A DNA stretch of 64,000 nt, taken from NCBI GenBank assembly GCA_038215155.1, contig JBBQRF010000002.1, positions 50,712 to 114,711 of the forward strand, read 5' to 3'. The translations under genes and the position numbers were made by a program. Origin of the DNA: Minisyncoccia bacterium. Its GTDB lineage: Bacteria > Patescibacteriota > Minisyncoccia > Phycocordibacterales > CAJBRS01. Under the pieces are notes generated by a model. That model ran no database searches and was not told the origin of the DNA. It saw nothing but the letters and a program-made list of their open reading frames with translations. Below are positions 57,076 through 64,000 of the stretch, piece by piece (within the stretch, counting starts at the first letter, position 1; every line of letters starts with the position of its first letter).

Positions 57076-57099
57076 AAGCCCTAAAGAAAGACTAAAAAC

Positions 57100-57540
57100 A
57101 TGCAATCAAATCACCTAAAAAGAATTCATAAAAATAAAAAGTCCCTCGCAGTTGGTCGTGGTGGAAAAAGAGGGAAGACCGCCGGACGCGGAACTAAGGG
57201 TCAGAAAGCTCGCTCTGGGCGCAAACTCCGCCCTGAGTTGCGGGATATCATTAAAAAATTACCAAAACTACGCGGCCGTGGCAAAAATTCCTTTCTAAGT
57301 ATTCAAGAAAAACCAATCACTATTAATTTAGCGGTTCTCGAAAAGGTATTTAATAATGGTGACAAAATTTCAGTTACCACTTTGGTCCAAAAGAAAGTAG
57401 TAAATCTCTATAAAGGAAAATCTCCCGTAGTGAAAATTCTGGGAGATGGTGAACTAACCAAAAAACTAAACATTCAAGGATGCTTGGCTTCTTCTGGCGC
57501 TAAAAGTAAAATAGAAAAAGCTGGCGGTACGATAAAGTAA
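57100..57540 (+). CDS. rplO: 50S ribosomal protein L15
   Basis: GRGGKRGKTAGRGTKGQKARSG, KILGDG. Confidence 0.96.
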   Translation: MQSNHLKRIHKNKKSLAVGRGGKRGKTAGRGTKGQKARSGRKLRPELRDIIKKLPKLRGRGKNSFLSIQEKPITINLAVLEKVFNNGDKISVTTLVQKKVVNLYKGKSPVVKILGDGELTKKLNIQGCLASSGAKSKIEKAGGTIK

Positions 57541-57550
57541 AATATTCTCT

Positions 57551-58822
57551 ATGAATACATTTATAGAAAAATTAAAAGCAATCTTCAGTGATCCAGCAAT
57601 CCGCAAGCGGATTATTTTTGTTTTAGTGGCGCTAGTGCTTTTTCGTCTATTAGCCGCTATTCCTGTTCCAAATATTGATCACGCCCAATTAGCTAACTTC
57701 TTTAATAACAACGCATTCTTCGGCCTACTAGGAGTTTTCTCAGGTGGCGGACTCTCTACTCTTTCAATTATTATGTTAGGAGTAGCTCCTTACATCACTG
57801 CCTCCATTATTATGCAGCTATTAACTATGATGTCCCCACGCCTTAAGGCAATGTATCAAGAGGAGGGTGAAGCTGGACGAATGAAATTCACTCAATATTC
57901 TCGCCTTCTGACGCTACCTTTGGCTATTCTTCAAGCTTTTGCTTACATGATTCTCTTCCAGAAACAGGGAGTAGTGGCGCATTTAGATACCTTAGGATTG
58001 GTCACCAATATTTTAGTTATTTCTGCGGGCTCAATTTTATTAATGTGGATTGGCGAATTAATTACGGAATTCGGTGTTGGGAACGGAGTCTCAATTCTAA
58101 TTTTTGCCGGTATTGTGTCACGTCTCCCTCAGGATTTATTGCAGCTATTTTATACTTTTGATCAATCACAAATTCCAACTTACTTACTATTTTTAGCAGG
58201 GGCTATCTTAATTGTCTACGGCGTTGTGGTGGTGACAGAAGCGGAAAGACCAATTCCTGTCACCTATGCTAAACAAGTCAGAGGAAACAAAGTCTATGGC
58301 GGGGTTTCAACTTATCTTCCATTGCGCCTAAATCAATCTGGAGTCATTCCCATTATTTTTGCTCTCTCAATTTTACTTTTTCCTCAAATGATTTTCCGTT
58401 TTTTTCAAACATCTTCACATGTCTGGATTGCCTCCACCTCCGCGACGATATTGTCCCTATTGGCTAATCAATTAGTTTACGGCATTTCTTATTTCGTCCT
58501 AGTTTTTCTTTTCACATATTTTTATACAGCCGTTACTTTTGATCCAGGGACTATATCGACTAATCTTCAGAAGAGTGGCGCTTTTATTCCCGGCGTACGC
58601 CCCGGAAACTCTACTTCGGAATACATGAGTAAGGTTCTAACCAGAATTACTCTAGTGGGGGCACTTTTCCTCGGAGTCATCGCCGTTCTGCCACTTGTCG
58701 CTCGAGCGTTCACAGGTAATCAGTCGCTAGCCATTGGAGGAACCGCACTTCTCATTGCCGTGTCCGTGGTTTTGGATTTAGTTAAGAAAATTGATGCGCA
58801 GCTCGGTATGCGCGAATATTAG
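57551..58822 (+). CDS. secY: Preprotein translocase subunit SecY
   Basis: LGVAPYITASII, GNGVS, GVIPIIFA, FIPGVRPG. Confidence 0.97.
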   Translation: MNTFIEKLKAIFSDPAIRKRIIFVLVALVLFRLLAAIPVPNIDHAQLANFFNNNAFFGLLGVFSGGGLSTLSIIMLGVAPYITASIIMQLLTMMSPRLKAMYQEEGEAGRMKFTQYSRLLTLPLAILQAFAYMILFQKQGVVAHLDTLGLVTNILVISAGSILLMWIGELITEFGVGNGVSILIFAGIVSRLPQDLLQLFYTFDQSQIPTYLLFLAGAILIVYGVVVVTEAERPIPVTYAKQVRGNKVYGGVSTYLPLRLNQSGVIPIIFALSILLFPQMIFRFFQTSSHVWIASTSATILSLLANQLVYGISYFVLVFLFTYFYTAVTFDPGTISTNLQKSGAFIPGVRPGNSTSEYMSKVLTRITLVGALFLGVIAVLPLVARAFTGNQSLAIGGTALLIAVSVVLDLVKKIDAQLGMREY

Positions 58823-58824
58823 AA

Positions 58825-59433
58825 ATGATTCCTCAAACTATTATTTTTGTAGGGCGCAGTGGTTGTGGCAAAGGTACGCAATCAGATCTGCTTCATAAAT
58901 ATATTAATACGGAAGACAAGGAGAATCATTTGATTTTTTACATGGAAACGGGTGCTCGTTTTAGAGAATTCATTGAACGAGATAATTTCACCAGCAAGAT
59001 TGCTAAAGAGGTGGCTATGAGTGGTGAAAGACAGCCGGACTTTTTGGCAGTGTGGATGTGGTCAAATATTATCATTGAAAATTTTACTGAGAACGAGCAC
59101 TTAATCATTGATGGCACTCCTCGGTCCTTGGCAGAAGCAAGGGTTTTGGATTCAGCTATCAAGTTTTATAAAAAACAAAATTCTAAAGTAATTTATTTAA
59201 ATGTTGGACGGGAATGGTCCGAAACTCATTTAAAACGACGTGGCCGAGCCGATGATATAAATGTGGAGGAAGTAAAGAAGCGTCTAGACTGGTTTGAAAA
59301 GGATGTAGTTCCAGCCGTTGAGTATTTTCAGAATAATCCTGATTACCAGTTTCTGGAAATTAATGGAGAGCAGAATGCTGACAAGGTCCATTTTGACGTC
59401 ATTCAAGCAGCTTTTGGAGAAAAACTAAAGTAA
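58825..59433 (+). CDS. adk: Adenylate kinase family (short LID)
   Basis: GRSGCGKGTQ, IDGTPR, RGRADD; located between secY and map. Confidence 0.85.
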   Translation: MIPQTIIFVGRSGCGKGTQSDLLHKYINTEDKENHLIFYMETGARFREFIERDNFTSKIAKEVAMSGERQPDFLAVWMWSNIIIENFTENEHLIIDGTPRSLAEARVLDSAIKFYKKQNSKVIYLNVGREWSETHLKRRGRADDINVEEVKKRLDWFEKDVVPAVEYFQNNPDYQFLEINGEQNADKVHFDVIQAAFGEKLK

Positions 59434-59463
59434 AAATTTCGCTTCCGGCAAAATTTTTTATTA

Positions 59464-60234
59464 ATGATTAAACTAAAGACAGCAGAAGAAATTAAAAAAT
59501 TGCGTCAAGGAGGAAAAATCCTTGCCGCCATTCTCAATGAAATTGCCGGACGCCTTGTGCCCGGTACCAATACTAAGGACCTCAATGTTTTCGCTGATGA
59601 GCTTTGTAAGGCACAGCAAGTTATTCCTGTTTTTCTTAACTATCAGCCTGAAGGCGCCGCTCGACCATACCCTGCTTCAATTTGTATTTCAATTAATGAT
59701 GAAATTGTTCACGGCATTCCCAATAAGGGAAGTGGCCGAATTTTAAAAGAAGGAGATATCGTTTCTCTAGACATGGGCATTAGTCATGACGGAATGATTG
59801 TTGATAGTGCTATTACATTTGGCGTAGGAAAGATTGATGATTCCGCTACGAGATTATTAGCGGCGGGGAAGGAGACCCTGGCGGCGGCTATCGCCGCCGC
59901 CAGGGTCGGCAGCCGCACCGGCGACATCGGTGCGGCCATAGAAGCCGTTGCTACTCGCGCTGGCTTCACCCTTCCAGAAGAGCTCGGCGGCCACGGCGTC
60001 GGCCACGCCGTTCATGAAGACCCTTTCATTCCAAATTTTGGCAAAGCCGGGGAAGGAGTGATACTTAAAGCTGGCATGGTTCTCGCCATTGAGCCCATGC
60101 TCAATGAAGGTAGCAAAGAAACCTTTGTAGATAAAGACGGTTACACTTTTCGTACCACAGACGGCAAGAGAAGCTGCCATTTTGAACACACTATTGCCAT
60201 CTCTGATAAAGGACCAGAAATATTAACTAAATAA
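59464..60234 (+). CDS. map: Methionine aminopeptidase type I
   Basis: SINDEIVHGIP, DSA, GHGVG, IEPM, HFEHT. Confidence 0.96.
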   Translation: MIKLKTAEEIKKLRQGGKILAAILNEIAGRLVPGTNTKDLNVFADELCKAQQVIPVFLNYQPEGAARPYPASICISINDEIVHGIPNKGSGRILKEGDIVSLDMGISHDGMIVDSAITFGVGKIDDSATRLLAAGKETLAAAIAAARVGSRTGDIGAAIEAVATRAGFTLPEELGGHGVGHAVHEDPFIPNFGKAGEGVILKAGMVLAIEPMLNEGSKETFVDKDGYTFRTTDGKRSCHFEHTIAISDKGPEILTK

Positions 60235-60268
60235 AACTCTCTGAGATAGGCGTGATATAATTTTGTTG

Positions 60269-63049
60269 ATGGAAGCACCTATTAGCACTAGTCCAGAAAC
60301 TAAATTTTCTTCAGCCGAAGAAGAGCTTCAATATTTGCGGGAGAAGATTGCGGAAAAAGAACGCGAACTCTCTAAAAATAAAGAGCAGTTTAACCGAGAG
60401 GAAGTAATTAGATCTGAACTAAAAGAATATAAAAACCAGCATCCGGCGGATGTTTTAGATAAAGGCCATGCCATGCTCGAATCGCATGTTGATGCGATAG
60501 TTTTAAATCTGTCTCCCGAATCTCATGATGCAAAAATGAGTGAGCTTCTCGGCTTGCTCCAAGAAAAGGGCATTATGAATGCGTTGTCAGTAGTGGAGAA
60601 AATGAATAATCCCCATATTGAAGACGATTTCCACCGCTTCCTAGTGGAATATATTAAGCAGGGATTTCCAGTCGAGGGGCTAAAAGAAAAAACTCTCATC
60701 GCCAAGGCTCTCCGCCACACTCTCTATGAAATTTCCTTGCCTATGGACGTTGAAAAGGACGAAAAAACTCACGGTCTAAAAGAAGTTTTATCCTCTATGG
60801 AGCAATTTTATGCGGGCATGCTTTCCGTATCTCTAAAGCATGCCGATCTGCGGGCTGAAGAAAACTTCTTTACCATCGAGCTCGCCAACTCTATCGGAAG
60901 TCAAGAATTTATTTTTTACGCTTCAGTTCCCGATGCTAAGCGAGACTTATTTGAAAAACAATTACTTTCCATTTTTCCAAAAGCCACCATTACTCTTCAG
61001 ACAAATGATTACAATGTTTTCACTGATCTTGGTGCTACTGCTGGATCCTATGGAGTTCAATCGACTAATCCAATTTTTCCAATTAAAAATTATGATCAAT
61101 TCAATTTCGACCCTCTAAACGTTCTTTTAAATACTTTTTCTAAATTAGAACAGCACGGAGAAGGGGCAGCTATTCAGTTAGTTTTTAATCCAGCGGGAGA
61201 TTATTACACCTCGCGCTACAAAGACGCCCTAAAAGAAATTCAAAAGGGCGTCCCATTGAAGAAAGCCATTGATATCAAACATAGTTTAGTCGGAGAATTA
61301 TTTAAGACTAGTAAAAATGCTGCCTTGGATTTAGCAGTCGGCACTATAAAAGGTGATTCAAAGGAAAAATCTTCGACCGATGAGAAGACTCTTGAAAATA
61401 TCCGAGAGAAGATAGAAAGTCCGGTTATTGAGGCTAATTTGCGGATTATCACCTCAGCTAAGACAGAATATCGGGCGAAGGAAATTCTTTCGGAAATCCA
61501 ATCGGCCTTTAATCAATTTGATAATACTACCGGTAATGCTATTAGATTCCGAGAGGAAAAAGGTTCTACTCTAGCCAATCTAGTGCGTCATTTTTCCTTT
61601 CGATACTTTGATAAAGATGAATCTCTTAAAATAAATCTGAAAGAGGCTACTACTTTAATGCACTTTCCAAGCGCCGGAGTGGTCCACTCCGCCGAGCTTC
61701 GCTCGGCTCATGCAGCCACCGCTCCGGCGCCCGTTGATTTGGGGAATGAGGGCATTCTTATTGGAATTAATCGTCATCGCAATCTTGAGACGAAAATCCA
61801 CATGGCTCCCGAAGATCGTCTGCGTCACTTTTATGCCGTCGGACAAACTGGTACAGGCAAGACCACTTTCCTTAAGAACATGATCATCCAAGATATTAGA
61901 AATGGTGATGGTGTCTGTATGATTGATCCTCACGGTTCTGATATTCAGGACATTCTCGCTAACATTCCCCAATCTCGTTACGAGGACGTTATTTATTTTG
62001 ATCCAAGCTACACGCCCCGCCCAATGGCTCTAAACATGCTTGAATACGACCCACGTTACCCCGAGCAGAAGACTTTCGTTGTAAATGAAATGCTCTCTAT
62101 CTTCAATAAACTTTTTGATATGAAAGTGGCTGGAGGTCCTATGTTTGAACAATACTTTCGAAACGCCACCATGCTCGTCATTGAAGATCCGGAGACTGGT
62201 AACACCCTTTTAGATGTTTCGCGTGTTTTAGCTCAAAAAAGTTTTCGCGAGTTGAAACTCTCACGTTGTAAAAATCCAATCGTTGTTCAGTTTTGGCGAG
62301 ACATTGCAGAGAAAGCCGGAGGAGAATCATCACTTGCGAATATTGTTCCCTACATTACTTCTAAATTTGACGTCTTTTTATCCAATGACATCATGCGGCC
62401 GATTATTGCCCAAGAACATTCTTCATTTAACTTTCGAGAGATCATGGATAATCGTAAGATCTTGCTGGTAAATTTAGCCAAGGGTCGTCTCGGTGATATT
62501 AACGCTAATCTCATCGGTCTAATTTTAGTAGGGAAAATTTTAATGTCCGCGCTTTCTCGAGTAGATTCTCTTGGCCAAGACTTACCACCTTTTTATCTAT
62601 ACATTGATGAGTTTCAGAACATTACCACTGATTCTATTGCCACCATTCTTTCTGAAGCACGAAAGTACAAACTCTCCCTTACAATTGCTCACCAATTTAT
62701 TAAGCAATTAGAAGAGAAAATAAAAGATGCTGTCTTTGGAAACGTGGGAACTATGGCTTCTTTTAGAGTAGGTAGCGATGATGCAGAGTTTCTAGAAAAA
62801 CAATTTGCTCCAGTCTTTTCAGCCCACGATTTAATGAATGTGGACAATCATAATGCTTACATTAAAATGCTTTCTCACGGCAAGCCGATTAAACCTTTCA
62901 GTATTGAGCAGTTAGGATTTCTGCCAAAAGGTAATGCGGACTTAATAGATAAGTTGAAGGAGTTATCATATTTGAAATTTGGCGAAGAGAGGGAGCTAGT
63001 AGAGGGGCGAATTATGGAGAAGTATCGCGCCGCTGCTACTAAGGTTTAA
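60269..63049 (+). CDS. VirD4/TraG/HerA-like (DUF87) P-loop ATPase
   Basis: GQTGTGKT, IDPHG, LYIDEFQ, LSEARKY, AHQ, FGNVGT; start likely ATG 60269. Confidence 0.88.
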   Translation: MEAPISTSPETKFSSAEEELQYLREKIAEKERELSKNKEQFNREEVIRSELKEYKNQHPADVLDKGHAMLESHVDAIVLNLSPESHDAKMSELLGLLQEKGIMNALSVVEKMNNPHIEDDFHRFLVEYIKQGFPVEGLKEKTLIAKALRHTLYEISLPMDVEKDEKTHGLKEVLSSMEQFYAGMLSVSLKHADLRAEENFFTIELANSIGSQEFIFYASVPDAKRDLFEKQLLSIFPKATITLQTNDYNVFTDLGATAGSYGVQSTNPIFPIKNYDQFNFDPLNVLLNTFSKLEQHGEGAAIQLVFNPAGDYYTSRYKDALKEIQKGVPLKKAIDIKHSLVGELFKTSKNAALDLAVGTIKGDSKEKSSTDEKTLENIREKIESPVIEANLRIITSAKTEYRAKEILSEIQSAFNQFDNTTGNAIRFREEKGSTLANLVRHFSFRYFDKDESLKINLKEATTLMHFPSAGVVHSAELRSAHAATAPAPVDLGNEGILIGINRHRNLETKIHMAPEDRLRHFYAVGQTGTGKTTFLKNMIIQDIRNGDGVCMIDPHGSDIQDILANIPQSRYEDVIYFDPSYTPRPMALNMLEYDPRYPEQKTFVVNEMLSIFNKLFDMKVAGGPMFEQYFRNATMLVIEDPETGNTLLDVSRVLAQKSFRELKLSRCKNPIVVQFWRDIAEKAGGESSLANIVPYITSKFDVFLSNDIMRPIIAQEHSSFNFREIMDNRKILLVNLAKGRLGDINANLIGLILVGKILMSALSRVDSLGQDLPPFYLYIDEFQNITTDSIATILSEARKYKLSLTIAHQFIKQLEEKIKDAVFGNVGTMASFRVGSDDAEFLEKQFAPVFSAHDLMNVDNHNAYIKMLSHGKPIKPFSIEQLGFLPKGNADLIDKLKELSYLKFGEERELVEGRIMEKYRAAATKV

Positions 63050-63052
63050 TTA

Positions 63053-63162
63053 GGAAAATCCTCCTATGTCCTAAGACTTTTGTCGAGGCGCGTCAGTCAA
63101 TTTGGGTCCGCTAGGCCAAGTCTTACCCTCGCTAAAAGTCTCAGGACACATCCGGATTTTCC
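63053..63162. repeat. Structured ~110-nt repeat element, copy 2
   Basis: Core shared with 20561-20671; outer stem GGAAAATCC/GGATTTTCC. Confidence 0.8.
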
Positions 63163-63217
63163 AGGCAGATTTCTTCAAATGGTTTTTTAGTTAAGTAGAA
63201 AGGAGAGGTATTTTCAG

Positions 63218-63418
63218 GCCTTCGGCATTTTCTATTTAGAGAGACTGCGCAGCCAATTAGAAAATAACAGCCAAAAAATTTGGTACCGGAGGCGCGCATA
63301 GGCGGAGACGATAGCGGCGCAGGCAAATTTTTGGGCGCCTTATTTTCTTGATTGGCGAGCGAGAACAAATCGCTAGCAAGCGATTATGTGTGCTCTCTAA
63401 ATAGAAAATGCGGAAGGC
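63218..63418. repeat. ~200-nt long bulged palindrome
   Basis: GCCTTCGGCATTTTCTATTTAGAGAG pairs with CTCTCTAAATAGAAAATGCGGAAGGC; further nested stems inside. Confidence 0.75.
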
Positions 63419-63512
63419 GTTAAGAAAAAAACAGACTTAATATACAAACTAGAACAATATGCCGGTTTCATGTAAGATATGATTCTTACTTATTAAATTC
63501 TAAATTTCCAAA

Positions 63513-64000
63513 ATGCCCCACCACAAAGAAGAACGCACCCTAGTCATCATTAAGCCCGATGGAGTTCAGCGAACTCTGATTGGCGAAATTATCAAGCGCT
63601 ATGAAAAAGCCGGCTTAAAATTACTTGGCATAAAAATGATCGTACCTGATATAGAACACATAGAAAAACATTACACCTTAGATCCAAACTGGCGACGAGT
63701 GACGGGTGAAAAAACTATTAAAGGATATCAAGATAAAGGATTGACTCCACCTTCGATGGACCCCTTAGAAATTACAGCTAAAATCCTTGCTGGCTTAAAG
63801 AAGTATCTTTCCAGTGGGCCTGTAATACCGATGGTCTGGCAGGGAGCTCATGCAGTGAAAATTGTCCGAAAGATTACTGGTGGAACGGAACCCTTAACTT
63901 CTGATGTCGGTTCTATTCGTGGAGATTTCGTTCTAGATTCATATCAAATGTCTGATACTGATGGCCGAGCGGTTCGCAACCTCGTTCACGCTTCTGGCTC
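63513..64000 (+). CDS. ndk: Nucleoside diphosphate kinase (3' partial; absent from the ORF track)
   Basis: MPHHKEERTLVIIKPDGVQR...SGP...GSIRGDF...NLVHASG. Confidence 0.93.
   Translation, partial: MPHHKEERTLVIIKPDGVQRTLIGEIIKRYEKAGLKLLGIKMIVPDIEHIEKHYTLDPNWRRVTGEKTIKGYQDKGLTPPSMDPLEITAKILAGLKKYLSSGPVIPMVWQGAHAVKIVRKITGGTEPLTSDVGSIRGDFVLDSYQMSDTDGRAVRNLVHASG

Noticed and set aside
57050-57097. Degenerate AAAGT-periodic tracts at the ends of rpsE and rpmC (53136-53166)
   Set aside because: The period is mostly 8 nt and there is no clear complementary arm; possibly decayed family members but not supportable.
63141-63368. 75-aa minus-strand ORF
   Set aside because: It lies across palindromic elements and has no protein-like features.
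1-64000. Alternative genetic code (UGA=Gly) or introns in conserved genes
   Set aside because: Conserved genes translate full length under code 11, TGA ends rsmE, tpiA and pilC, and no interruptions were seen.

Overview
This 64 kb window is a core chromosomal segment of a Patescibacteria/CPR bacterium, probably Parcubacteria. The assignment rests on the absence of rpmD between rpsE and rplO, AT-rich starts without Shine-Dalgarno sequences, an orphan VirD4/TraG-like ATPase and a type IV pilus/ComEC/ComM set. It uses genetic code 11. Contents: the str-S10-spc ribosomal cluster through secY-adk-map; RNA-turnover genes (rpsO-NYN-pnp, rny, CCA-adding enzyme, MYG1, TruD, RsmE); four tRNAs without encoded CCA; a pilus locus preceded by secreted surface proteins; tpiA-pgk; recJ-rnhA-comEC. 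The most unusual signals are non-coding. (1) A dispersed family of 9-nt-periodic palindromes sits between ribosomal genes and in-frame inside a cleavable pilin leader. (2) A ~110-nt element occurs twice, 42.5 kb apart, with a near-invariant core and covarying stems, and there are other long bulged hairpins. (3) A dnaA-less origin-like zone at 9.6-12.3 kb carries DnaA boxes, parS-like sites and a recurrent TGTCCTTTA motif. (4) Two tRNAs have short 3'-end duplications. (5) A long hairpin upstream of rny is a 6S-like or leader RNA candidate. (6) Promoters consistently have a 16-bp spacer and many starts are near-leaderless, including an inferred CTG start. All calls come from reading the sequence; no database searches were run.
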